Shown piece by piece: positions 9,730 to 19,815 of a stretch of 64,000 nt of DNA. The DNA lies in the NCBI GenBank assembly GCA_963783385.1, contig CAWANJ010000006.1, forward strand, positions 320,001 to 384,000. The letters are read 5' to 3'. The position numbers and the translations under genes were made by a program. The DNA is from an uncultured Gemmatimonadales bacterium. Lineage in GTDB: Bacteria > Gemmatimonadota > Gemmatimonadetes > Palauibacterales > Palauibacteraceae. The notes beneath the pieces were generated by a model that ran no database searches, was not told the origin of the DNA, and saw only the letters and a program-made list of their open reading frames with translations. Positions within the stretch are counted from its first letter, which is position 1. Every line of letters starts with the position of its first letter.

Positions 9730-9776
9730 TGGATATCCTCCTGCGGAGAGCGGTCGAAGCTGCGCTGGGTCGGCCC

Positions 9777-10143
9777 TCAGCTCACCGGGTCAGAGCGGCC
9801 CTCCTCTGAACCTTCCTCGAGCCCCCACACCGCCGCCGTGGCCAGCTCGATGCTGTTCCCGGCCGGGTCCCTGAAGTAGATCGAGTAACCGCCCCCGGGC
9901 CACCGCCCCTCCGACTCGATCGGCACGCCAGCCTCTTCGAGGTGAGCCCTCCAGCGATCGACCTCCCGCTCCGGGAGCCGGAAAGCGAGGTGGCCGGGGC
10001 AGTGGGCACCGTGCGGAGGCACTCGGACGCCTTCGTCGGCGGAGTCGTCGCCGGCGCTCGGCCGCTTCCAGGTCCCGGCAGTAGAGCGAGCTCTCGAGCA
10101 CGCCGGGGGGACGCAGGGGTGGAGCGGGCTGGCCGGCTGCCAC
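9777..10143 (-). pseudogene. VOC/glyoxalase family protein with internal deletion and frameshift
   Basis: GVLESSLYCRDLEAAER in one frame joins directly (~10050) to VPPHGAHCPGHLAF..WPGGGYSIYFRDPAGNSIELA in another; the FY..VLGL..F segment is absent. Confidence 0.75.
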
Positions 10144-10147
10144 CCCC

Positions 10148-12551
10148 CTACGCCACCTCCGCCTCGCCCATCTCCGCCGCCCGCTTCTCCCGGATGGCCC
10201 GCCACATCCGCGGCGGGGTGAACGGGAGCCGGTCCATGCGCACGCCGACCGCATCGTAGATGGCGTTGGCGATGGCGGGGAGGGAGGGGTGGAGCGGGCC
10301 CTCGCCGGCCTCCTTGGCGCCGTAGGGGCCCTCGGGGTCGTTCTCCTCGACGATCAGGGCCACGAAGTCGGGGCAGTCCTTCGAGGTGGGGATGCGGTAG
10401 TCGAGCAGGGACGGGCCGTCGTGGAGCCCGGCCTTCCCGTGCGAGCCGAGTCCTTGAACGGTCTGCTCCTCGAGGATGGCCTCGGCGAATCCCATGTAGG
10501 CGGAGCCCTCGATCTGGCCCTCGACGAGGGTGGGGTTGAGGGCGTGGCCGCAGTCGTGCGCCACCCAGATGGTCTTCACGTCCACGAAGCCGGTGTCGGG
10601 GTCGACCTCGACCTCGGCCACGTGGGCGGTGGAGCTGTAGGCAGGGGAGGCGCCGATCGTGCCGCCCCGGTAGTCGCCGTGCGTGTCCTTGGGCGTGTTG
10701 TAGTGGCCCACCGAGCCCAGCGTGCCGTGCTCGGCCTCGGCGGCCTGGAACGCCTCGGCGATCGGCATGCGGCGCTCGGGGTCCCCGGTGTCCACGGCCC
10801 ACCCGCGGCGCAGGCGGCACGCGCTCCGCCGGGACCTCCCACCCGGCCGCGACCGCCGCGCCTCACCTTCTCCCCGAGCTGGCGGCAGGCGGACAGGCAC
10901 GCGTTCCCGACCATGAGGGTCTCGCGCGAGGAGTAGGCGCCCAGGTCCACGGGCACGAGGTCGGTGTCGGCCGAAAACACGCGCACGTAGTCGAGCGGGA
11001 CGCCCAGCTCCTCGGCGGCGATGTAGGCCATGGTGGAGTCGGACCCCTGGCCGATCTCCGAGGCGCCGTGCAGGACCGTGACCCGGCCCGAGCGCTCGAT
11101 CTGCACCTGCACGGCGGCCTGCGGCATCGGGTTCGGGTAGATCGGGTAGTTGGTGCCCGAGATGTAGCTCGACCCGGCCAGCCCGATCCCGCGCCCGTGC
11201 GGCATCCTCCGGAACTTCTCCTTCCAGCCGCTGGCCCGCTCCACGGACTCGAGGCAGCGCAGGAAGCCGTTCGACTTCACCGTGAACTCGTTGATCGTCT
11301 TCCCGGTGCCGAGGAAGTTGCGGCGCCGGATCTCGAACGGGTCGAGGTCCAGCGCCTCGGCCATCTTGTCGACCGTGATCTCGAACGCGAACCGCGGCTG
11401 CACGGCTCCGTGCCCCCGCTTGGGGCCGCACGGGGCCTTGTTCGTGTATACGCGCGTCGAGTCGAACCGGTAGCTCTCCATGCCGTACGGGGCGGTGAGG
11501 AGCTGCCCGCTGTAGTAGGTCGTCACCAGCCCGAAGGAGGCGTACGCGCCGCCGTCCAGGATCGTGTTCGCGTCGAGGGCGAGGAGCTTCCCCTCCTTCG
11601 AGGCGCCGAGCTTGTAGCGCATGATCATCGGGTGGCGGCCGCGGTGGGAGTAGAACACCTCCTCGCGCGTGTACAGGCACTTGACCGGCCGCCCGGTGCG
11701 GAGCGCGTGCAGCGCCACGCAGAACTCGAGGTCGAAGGGCTCGGACTTCCCGCCGAACGCCCCGCCCACCGCCGGCTGGACGACCCGGATGCGGGCCACG
11801 TCCAGCTCCAGCACCCGCGCCAGCTCGCGCTGCAGGTAGTGGGGCACCTGGGTCGAGGAGTGCACGGTGAGGACGCCGTTCTGCTCGACCCGCCCGATGG
11901 CGCAGTGGGGCTCGATCGGGGCGTGCGTGGTGCCGTGGAAGTAGTACTCGCCCTCCACCACCTGGTCGGCGGCGGCCATCTTCCCATCCACGTCCTCGAA
12001 CTCCAGGTGGACGTGCTTGGTGACGTTCCCGTTCCGGCCCGGCTTGTGGGGCTCGTGGATCGGGTTCGAGCCGTCGGCGAGCGCCTCCTCCGGGTCCAGG
12101 TGGACGGGGAGGGGCTCGTACTCGACCTCGATGAGGTCGAGGGCCCGGAGGGCGGTGTCCTCGTCCACGGCCGCCACCGAGGCCACCGCGTCCCCGATGA
12201 AGCGCACCTTCTCCAGGGCGAGGGCGTGCTCGTCCCGCGTCCAGGGGATGATCCCGTAGGGGATCGGCATGTCCTTGCCGGTGAGGACGTCGTGCACGCC
12301 GTCCAGCGCCTCGGCCTTCGAGGTGTCGACCGAGAGGACCCGGGCGTGCGCCTCGGTCGAGCGCAGCAGGCGGCAGTGCAGCATCCCCGGAAAGGACAGG
12401 TCGTCGGCGTAGAGCTCCTTGCCGGTCGACTTGCGGAGCCCCTCCACCCGGCGGTTCCTGCGCCCGAGGACGCCGTCGCCCTCCTCGGCCGCGATCTTCT
12501 CCGGGTCCTCGGCGCGCCCGCCTGGAGCTCGTTCAGCTCCTCAGGTAGCAT
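10148..12551 (-). CDS. Xanthine dehydrogenase-family Mo-binding subunit, 4-hydroxybenzoyl-CoA reductase alpha (HcrA)-like; apparent frameshifts at ~12515, ~10860, ~10817
   Basis: LLRSTEAHAR, STQVPHY, VGGAFGGK, HRGRH, TNKAPCGPKRGHG, EIGQGS, GAYSSR, NPTLVEGQIEG, GPYGAKEAGEG, spread over successive frames. Confidence 0.88.
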
Positions 12552-13068
12552 CGGCGCGTCTCCCTCCATCTCCGCTCAGCACCTCGTCGGCCGGTCGGTC
12601 CTCACGCAGCGCCCGCGCCGCCAGCTCCACCGCGTCCAGGATCTTCGTGTAGCCAGTGCAGCGGCACAGGTTGCCGGAGAGCGCCTCCTGGATCTCCGCG
12701 CGCGAGGGCTCCAGGGTGTGGGACAGGAGGCCGTAGGCGCTGGCCAGGATCCCCGGCGTGCAGAAGCCGCACTGGGCCGCGCCGCACAGGTCGAAGGCGT
12801 CCTGCAGCGGGTGCGGGCGCGGTCCGTCCGCGATCCCCTCGACCGTGGTGACCTCGCGGCCCACCGCCTCGTAAACGGGCATGATGCAGGAGAGGTGCGC
12901 CTCTCCGTCCACCAGCACGGTGCAGGCCCCGCAGTCTCCCTTGTCGCACCCCTGCTTGGAGCCGGTGAGCCCGAGCCCGTAGCGCAGCGTCTCGAGCAGG
13001 GTCCAGTGCGTCGGGACCCCGACCTCGACCTCGTCGCCGTTCACGTGGAGGGTGAGGATGTCCTTCAT
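12541..13068 (-). CDS. (2Fe-2S)-binding small subunit, CoxS/HcrC-like
   Basis: GSKQGCDKGDCGACTV, QCGFCTPG, GNLCRCTGY. Confidence 0.95.
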   Translation of the reverse strand: MKDILTLHVNGDEVEVGVPTHWTLLETLRYGLGLTGSKQGCDKGDCGACTVLVDGEAHLSCIMPVYEAVGREVTTVEGIADGPRPHPLQDAFDLCGAAQCGFCTPGILASAYGLLSHTLEPSRAEIQEALSGNLCRCTGYTKILDAVELAARALREDRPADEVLSGDGGRRADAT

Positions 13069-13099
13069 GCCGCAGTCTAGGCGGGCGGCGGCCGGCGAA

Positions 13100-13621
13100 T
13101 CAAGCCGGCGGGTCGGACGGGGCGGGCGGCCTGTCGGGCTCCGGGGGCGCCGGCTCGGAGGCGGCCGGGACGTCCTCCGGTGCCCCCGCGGCTTCATGCG
13201 AGACCGCGGGCTCGCCGTCGTCTACGGCCGTGGTCGCGGCCCCCGGGTCGTCTACAGCGGTAGACGAGATCGCGGGCTCCGCGTCGGCCGGAGGCGGCGG
13301 CGCCGGGCTCTCGGCCGCAGGAGTCTCGGCGGTGGCCGCGGGTCCACCCGTGGGAGGCGCGCCGGCGGTCATGTGGGGCGGCTCGATCGTGCCGCTGGGG
13401 CGCGGCTGGGTGTCCCGGGTGTCCTGCTTCCAGGCGGGGGAGTCGTCGGCCATGCCGGCCTGCTCCAACTCCCGCTTGACCTCGTTCATGCTCTTCCGGA
13501 ACTCGCGCATGGCCTTGCCGAGTCCGCGCGCGATCTCCGGCATCCGCTGGGGGCCGAAGAAGATCAGCACCAGCACGACGATGACGAGCATCTCCGAAAA
13601 GCCGAAGCTACCGATACCCAT
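13100..13621 (-). CDS. Twin-arginine translocase TatA/TatB family subunit with Pro/Ala-rich tail
   Basis: FGFSEMLVIVVLVLIFFGPQRMPEIARGLGKAMREFRK. Confidence 0.9.
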   Translation of the reverse strand: MGIGSFGFSEMLVIVVLVLIFFGPQRMPEIARGLGKAMREFRKSMNEVKRELEQAGMADDSPAWKQDTRDTQPRPSGTIEPPHMTAGAPPTGGPAATAETPAAESPAPPPPADAEPAISSTAVDDPGAATTAVDDGEPAVSHEAAGAPEDVPAASEPAPPEPDRPPAPSDPPA

Positions 13622-13670
13622 GGCTCGGATTGCTACCCCCGGTCGCCGGAGCGAGGTCCGTACCTGAAGG

Positions 13671-13690
13671 CTCTACTTGTACAAGTAGAG
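13671..13690. promoter_or_regulatory. Perfect 20-bp palindrome upstream of tatA/B
   Basis: CTCTACTTGT-ACAAGTAGAG. Confidence 0.55.
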
Positions 13691-13725
13691 GGGACCGGGG
13701 GAGGGGCGTCGGGAGCGGGATCCGA

Positions 13726-14274
13726 TCAGCCGCGGACCGCTCGCAGGACCTCCTCGCCGTAGAACATGCGGATGTACTTGGCCTGGATGGGCGTGACCCG
13801 CCGCACGGCCCAGATGAGCTGCACCTGGTCGGGCACGCGCGGCCGCGTGAGCAGGTGCAGGCCGGCCTCCTCCGGGAGAGCGTCGCCCTTGTGTAGATTG
13901 CACCGGCTGCAGGCCGTCACCACGTTCGTCCACCCGTTCCCGCCGCCGCGCGACACCGGGACCACGTGGTCCCGCGTCAGCGACTCGCGGTAGCCGAGCT
14001 CGGTGCGGTGGCGCCCGCAGTACTGGCACCGGTAGCCGTCGCGGGCGAACAGGAAGGTGTTGGTCACCTGGCGCCGGAACCGGCGCGGGACGTGCACGTA
14101 GCGCACGAGCCGGATCACGACCGGGGCCGGCATCTCGAGCGTCTCGGACCGGAAGGGCCGGTCCCGGTCGACCTCGAGAGCCTCCGCCTTGCGGTCGATC
14201 ACGAGCCTCAGGGCCCGCCGTACGGGCAGGATCGTGAGGGGCTCGTAGGACGCGTTGAGAGCCAGGCAGCCCAT
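13726..14274 (-). CDS. HNH endonuclease (McrA-like)
   Basis: LALNASYEPL, RDGYRCQYCG, TRDHVVPVSRGG..WTNVVTACSRCN. Confidence 0.93.
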   Translation of the reverse strand: MGCLALNASYEPLTILPVRRALRLVIDRKAEALEVDRDRPFRSETLEMPAPVVIRLVRYVHVPRRFRRQVTNTFLFARDGYRCQYCGRHRTELGYRESLTRDHVVPVSRGGGNGWTNVVTACSRCNLHKGDALPEEAGLHLLTRPRVPDQVQLIWAVRRVTPIQAKYIRMFYGEEVLRAVRG

Positions 14275-14340
14275 GACGGGAGATCTCCTCCTTCGCTCCG
14301 CAGAGTCTAGAACGGCCCACAGAGAGGGTCAAGGACGCCG

Positions 14341-16936
14341 GTGACCGACCGCACGGATCGTTACTGCGACGTTGCACTGCCGCGCCCGGTGCGGAGCACC
14401 TTCGTGTACCGCCTTCCCGCGGACCTCACGGAGGCGGCGCGGCCTGGCATGCGGGTCCTGGTCCCCTTCCGCCGCCGACGGATGGTCGGCTGCATCGACC
14501 GCATCCGCGCCGAGACGGAGCTCGAGCGCGTGCGGCCGGTCCTCGACCTGCTGGACGATACCCCGCTCCTCCCCGAGAAGCTCCTCCAGCTGTGCCGGTG
14601 GGTGGCCGACTACTACGTCGCGCCCCTGGGCCTGGTGCTGAGGGCGGCGCTGCCGCCCGGCGTCCTGGCCGAGTCCTCCTTCCGGGTCGAGCGCGTGGAG
14701 GAAGCGGGAGCGAAGGGCGCCGATGCCGGGCCCCGGAGCGGCGCCGCGAGCCCCGGGCCGGGCGACGACCTCGGCGAGACTCGGCGACGACGAGCGCGCA
14801 CTCCTGGAGCGGCTGGAACGGGCCCGCGACGGCCTCCAGGCCACCACGCTCCGCCGGGACACGGGCGTCCGGTCGGTGTGGCCCGCGCTCCGCTCCCTGG
14901 CGGCCCGCGGCCTGGTCCGGATCCGCGAAGAGCCCCCATCGACCTCCTCGGGCGTGCGGACCCGGCAGGTGATCACGCTCGTCCAGGGCCTGCCCACCCT
15001 CATGGCGCGCCAGGAAGCCTTCGGCCGGGCCCACCGTCAGCGCGAGGCCTACGAGGCGCTCGAGGGGATGGACGGGAGCGCCTCGGTCGTCCACATGAGC
15101 CAGCGGCTCGGCTTCAGCCGCAGCGTGCTGCGCGGCCTCGAGGAGAAGGGCCTGGCGCGCATCACCGACGAAGTCGAGGCGCGCGACCCCTTCGCCGAGC
15201 TGGGTCCTCCCCCCGAGCGCCCCGACCTCGAGCCGACGCCGGACCAGGGCCGCGTGCTGAACGCGCTGGAGTCGAGACTGGAGGCCGCCGAGCCCGGTAC
15301 GGCGCTGCTCCGAGGCGTGACCGGATCGGGGAAGACGCTCGTCTACATGCGGCTCCTGCGGCGACTGCTGGAGCGGGGCGACCGCGGGGCCATCGTGCTC
15401 GTGCCCGAGATCTCGCTCACGCCGCAGACCGTGCAGCGCTTCCGGGCCGCGTTCGGGGACCGGATCGCGGTGCTGCACTCCGGGCTCTCCGCCGGCGAGC
15501 GGGGCGACGAGTGGCGGGCCCTGCGCGAGGGGCGGAAGCGCATCGCGATCGGGGCGCGCTCCGCGGTGTTCGCGCCCATACCCGCCCTCGGCGCCATCGT
15601 GGTGGACGAGGAGCACGAGGGGAGCTACAAGCAGAGCGACGTCCCGCGCTATCACGCCCGCGCGGTCGCCGTGGTTCGGGCCCGGCTGGAGGGGGCGCTG
15701 TGCGTGCTGGGCTCCGCGACACCCTCGCTCGAGAGCTGGCACAACGCGGCCGAAGGCCTCTACCGGCTCCTGGAGCTCCCCGAGCGGGTGACCGGCCAGC
15801 GGCTGCCGACCGTCGAGCTGGTGGACCTGCGCGAGGAGCGGGAGGCACGCCGTGCCCGCGCCATCGACCGGGCCGACGACGCGGCGCTCGGCGCCGGGGC
15901 CGGCGTCCACGGCGCCTCTGACGACGCGGGCCCCCTGGTCCTCTCGCGTCGCCTGGGCGACGCCCTGGCGCGCTGCCTGGACCGGGGCGAGCAGGCCATC
16001 CTGCTCCTCAACCGGCGCGGCTACTCGACCTTCGTACAGTGCATGGAGTGCGGGAAGGTGTGGAGCTGCCCGCGCTGCAACGTGTCGCTCACCTACCACC
16101 GGGACCGGGAGCGCATCGTCTGCCACCACTGCGGCTACGAGGCGCGCGTCCCGAAGGCCTGCGACGCGTGCGGCGCCGAGGGGCTCACCTTCTCGGGGCT
16201 CGGCACCGAGCAGGTGGAGCGCCGCGTCGGGGAGCTGTTCCCGGCCGCGCGGCTGGCCCGCATGGACGTGGACACGACCGGCACCCGGTGGGCGCACCAC
16301 CGCATCCTCGAGCGTGTCCGGCGACACGAGGTCGACATCCTCCTCGGGACCCAGATGATCGCCAAGGGGCTGGACTTCCCCGACGTCACGCTCGTGGGGG
16401 TGATCAACGCGGACGTGGGGCTGAACCTGCCCGACTTCCGCGCGTCGGAGCGCACCTTCCAGCTCCTGGCGCAGGTGGCGGGGCGGGCCGGACGGGGCGA
16501 GCGCCCCGGCGAGGTGCTCGTGCAGACGGCGCGGCCCGGCCACTTCGCCCTGCAGGCGGCCCTGCGCCACGACTACGTGGCCTTCGCGGCGCAGGAGCTG
16601 GAGGATCGGCTCGGACCCGGATACCCGCCGCACCGGCGGCTGGCGAACCTGGTGGTGAGCGGTCCGCGCCAGGAGGCGGTGGCCGACCTGGCCGAGGAGC
16701 TGGCCGCCTGGATCCGGGGGCTGGTGGCCCGGGAGTCGCTGGAGGGCGTGGACGTGGTGGGCCCGGCGCCCTGCCCCATCGACCGGGTGCGCGGCCGGTG
16801 GCGCTGGCACTTCCTGGTCAAGAGCGACCGGGCCGCGCCGCTCGGCGCCGTGCTGCGCTACCTGTCCGAGCGCCGCGGCCAGCCCTCGGGCGGGCTCCGC
16901 CTCGAGATCGACCGCGACCCCGACTCGCTCCTGTAG
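14341..16936 (+). CDS. priA: Primosomal protein N' (apparent frameshift ~14720-14775)
   Basis: N-terminal DVALPRP..PGMRVLVPF..WVADYY in one frame; GVTGSGKT, LVPEISLTPQ, DEEH, four CxxC motifs and GTQMIAKGLDFP in the next. Confidence 0.95.
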
Positions 16937-16955
16937 AAGCGTCGCCCCTGGCCGC

Positions 16956-17975
16956 CTACGCCCGGCCCACTCCGAGCCCGGGCTCCTCGCCCACCACGAT
17001 GCGCCCGCGCTCCAGGTGCGGACCCCGGAACGGATCCTCGCCCAGGAGCGCGGCGCCGTCCAGGTCGGCGAAGTCCAGCAGGGAGGCCATGTGGAGGGCG
17101 GGGGCCATCCCGAGGGTCGACCCCAGCATGCAGCCCATCATCACCCGCAGGCCGCACGCCCGCGCCGCATGCACCATGCGGAACGCCTCCCGGAGCCCGC
17201 CGCACTTGGGGAGCTTGATGCTGATCCCGTCCACGCGGTCGGCCAGTCGCGGGATGTCGGTGGCCACCAGGCACGACTCGTCCACCACGATGGGGAGCGG
17301 GGAGATCGCCTTCAGCTCGGCGAGGCCCTCGAAGTCCGCCGGCGGCAGGGGCTGCTCGATGAACTCCACGTCGTACTCCGCCAGCACGGGGATCCTCTCG
17401 GCCGCCTCCTCCACCGTCCAGGCCGCGTTGGCGTCGGCCCGCAGCCGCGCCGAGGGCGCACCCGAGCGCACCGCTTCGAGGATCTCCCGGTCCCGGCCCG
17501 TGCCCACCTTGACCTTGAGGATGGGCCAGTCCGCCGCCGCCCGCGCCTTGGCCTCCACCACGTCCGGCTCGTCGATGCCGATCGTGAAGGAGCTGGCCGG
17601 CGCCTCGGCGGGCTCCAGCCCCCACAGGCGCCACAGCGGCACCCCTCGCATCTTGCCCACCAGGTCGTGGAGGGCCGAGGAGACGGCCGCCCGCGCCGAG
17701 CCCGCCGCCGGAGCCCGCAGGGCCAGCTCGCGCTCCAGCGTCTCCAACCGGTCCGGGTAGCGGGCCTCCTCCAGATACGGCGCCACGCGCGCGAGGGCGG
17801 CATGCACGGTGGCGGCGGTCTCGCCGTAGTAGTCGGACGGGTCGGCCTCGCCCCAACCCACCAGCCCCTCGTGCTCGACCCGGACCCACACGCGCCGCAC
17901 GCGGGTCTGGACGGAGCGGCTGATGCGGAAGGGATGGGCGGGCTCGAGCTCGAGCTCCTCCCACTCGAGCTTCAC
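16956..17975 (-). CDS. Dipeptide epimerase (L-Ala-D/L-Glu epimerase, enolase superfamily)
   Basis: LKVKVG, DANAAW, IEQP, DES, IKLPKCGG, DLDG; GTG overlaps the upstream stop. Confidence 0.92.
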   Translation of the reverse strand: MKLEWEELELEPAHPFRISRSVQTRVRRVWVRVEHEGLVGWGEADPSDYYGETAATVHAALARVAPYLEEARYPDRLETLERELALRAPAAGSARAAVSSALHDLVGKMRGVPLWRLWGLEPAEAPASSFTIGIDEPDVVEAKARAAADWPILKVKVGTGRDREILEAVRSGAPSARLRADANAAWTVEEAAERIPVLAEYDVEFIEQPLPPADFEGLAELKAISPLPIVVDESCLVATDIPRLADRVDGISIKLPKCGGLREAFRMVHAARACGLRVMMGCMLGSTLGMAPALHMASLLDFADLDGAALLGEDPFRGPHLERGRIVVGEEPGLGVGRA

Positions 17976-18613
17976 GCGTCCTGCTCCCCCGGTCCCGCGA
18001 CGGTCACGAAGTCGTACGGGGGCCATGGCCCGGTGACCCTGAGCTCCACCTCCGGGTGATGGCCCTCCCAGCGCGTCGCCTTCTCCACCAGCCGCAGCCA
18101 CTCCCCCCGGCCGACCAGGAAGGCCGCCACCAGCTGGCCCTCGTCCTCGCCCGGAAGCCGGCGCGCCGCCCGGGCCTGTCCGCGGAGGGAGCCGTGCAGC
18201 ATCCGGAGGAACCCCTGCAGCGCCTGCCCGTCGCCCCCGGCGCGCAGTGACACGTGGACCCGCATCTCGTAGCTGTTGTCCAGATAGTCGAGGGCGTCTT
18301 CGAGATCCTCCCGCCGGCGGGCCAGGAACTCCTGGACGGCGTGCTCGTCCCGGGCCACGAGCCCGAACGGCACGGGGACCAGCGTCGAGCGACGCAGCAG
18401 CGCCTCCACGACGCGCTCATGGGTGCGGAGCGCCTCGGGATCGGGCTCGGTCACGTCCCGGAAGGGAGCCTCGGTCACGGCCGCCGCCAGGTCGCCCCGG
18501 GGAACGAGCTCGTACTCGAGAGCCGACCCGCGCAAGTGCAGGGCATCCAGTGCCCGGTCGGTGCGGGTGTTTCGGACCACCGCGTGCACGGCCAGACCGG
18601 GCGCCTCGGACAT
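17972..18613 (-). CDS. GvpL/GvpF family protein (no gas vesicle cluster in window)
   Basis: DLAAAV..LRTHERVVEAL..TLVPVPFG..YEMRV..AAFLV..VTGPWPPYDFV. Confidence 0.85.
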   Translation of the reverse strand: MSEAPGLAVHAVVRNTRTDRALDALHLRGSALEYELVPRGDLAAAVTEAPFRDVTEPDPEALRTHERVVEALLRRSTLVPVPFGLVARDEHAVQEFLARRREDLEDALDYLDNSYEMRVHVSLRAGGDGQALQGFLRMLHGSLRGQARAARRLPGEDEGQLVAAFLVGRGEWLRLVEKATRWEGHHPEVELRVTGPWPPYDFVTVAGPGEQDA

Positions 18614-18618
18614 GCGGC

Positions 18619-19815
18619 TCAGCCCTCCAGGGTCCAGGGCCGCCGCTGGAGTTCGGGCGGCGACACCTCGGGCCCGTCCTCTCCCAGGTGGATGTTGATC
18701 TCGGAGCGGATGCCCCAGCGCCCGGTCAGGTAGACGCCCGGCTCGATCGAGAAGCCGATCCCGGGAACGAGCGGGCGCTCGTCGCGCGTCTCGATGGAGT
18801 CGAGGTTGGGCCCGAACCCGTGGTTCACGCGGTCCATGGCGTGCCCCGTCCGGTGCAGGACCGCCTCGCGGTAGCCGCGCTCGAACAGGATCTCCCGCGC
18901 ACGCCGGTCCACCTCCGCGCCGGTGGGGGGCGGATCCTGGCCGAAGCGTTCGGAGAGGAGCTCCACGGCGCCATCGCGCGCGGCGACCACGGCGTCCCAC
19001 GCCTCCCCGAATCCCTCCGGCAGCTCCTCGTCGAGCACTCCCATCCACGTCTGGTCGGCGAACACCGCGTCGGGCTCCCCGACCGCGCGGCCCCACAGGT
19101 CCACGAGCAGTACCTCGCCCCGGGACAGGACGCGCGAGCCCTCCTCGGGCGGCTCGTAGTGGGGGAGGGCTGTGTTCGGGCCGGCGCCCACGATCACGCC
19201 GCCGCCCGTGAGGCCGGCGTCCCCCATGAGCTCGAGCACGCGGCCAGCCAGCTTCCGCTCGTTCAGCGGGCTCCCCGAGCGCACGGCGTCCGCGGCCTCG
19301 TCGAACGCCTGGCGGGCGATGCGGGCCAGGTCGGCGGCGGCACGGCGGTGGTGGCGCAGCCCCGCCTCGCCCCAGGTGGCGTAGGCGCGGGCGATCAGGT
19401 CGGCGGAGCTGACCACGCGCACGTCGAAAGACTCCACCAGCTCCACCACGCCGGCGGGCACGTAGTCCACGAAGGGCACGGCGTCCCGCTCGGAGATCTC
19501 CATGGCGATCCAGTCGCAGTGGGCCAGCATGGAGGACAGCTCCCCCTCCATCTCCTCCCAGCCCACGTACTCGCGGTGAGCATGGGGCCAGCCCTCCCAG
19601 CTCTGGCGCTCGATGCGATGCGACAGGGCCACGGGCTCCCCCTCCCGCGGCAGGAGCACGAAGTGACGCCGCGATGTCCCCTCCGGGAGGCCGAGGATCT
19701 CGGCGGCGACGCGATTGCGGCCCTCCAGATCGAACAGGAGCCAACCGTCGACCCCCTGGTCCTCCATGGCCTGGCGCGCGCGCGCCAGGAACGCCTCGGA
19801 CAGCGATGCACTCAT
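18619..19815 (-). CDS. M24 family metallopeptidase (Xaa-Pro aminopeptidase-like)
   Basis: GPNTALPHY, LLVDLW, FADQT, HRTGH, FSIEPGVY, GIRSE. Confidence 0.92.
   Translation of the reverse strand: MSASLSEAFLARARQAMEDQGVDGWLLFDLEGRNRVAAEILGLPEGTSRRHFVLLPREGEPVALSHRIERQSWEGWPHAHREYVGWEEMEGELSSMLAHCDWIAMEISERDAVPFVDYVPAGVVELVESFDVRVVSSADLIARAYATWGEAGLRHHRRAAADLARIARQAFDEAADAVRSGSPLNERKLAGRVLELMGDAGLTGGGVIVGAGPNTALPHYEPPEEGSRVLSRGEVLLVDLWGRAVGEPDAVFADQTWMGVLDEELPEGFGEAWDAVVAARDGAVELLSERFGQDPPPTGAEVDRRAREILFERGYREAVLHRTGHAMDRVNHGFGPNLDSIETRDERPLVPGIGFSIEPGVYLTGRWGIRSEINIHLGEDGPEVSPPELQRRPWTLEG

Noticed and set aside
13210-13270. Short tandem repeat (TAVDD twice) in the tatA/B tail
   Set aside because: Two copies in a low-complexity disordered tail; not an array.
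13726-14274. HNH gene as a mobile element or part of a CRISPR/defence system
   Set aside because: Stand-alone McrA-like HNH with no repeats, intron, IS ends or cas genes nearby.
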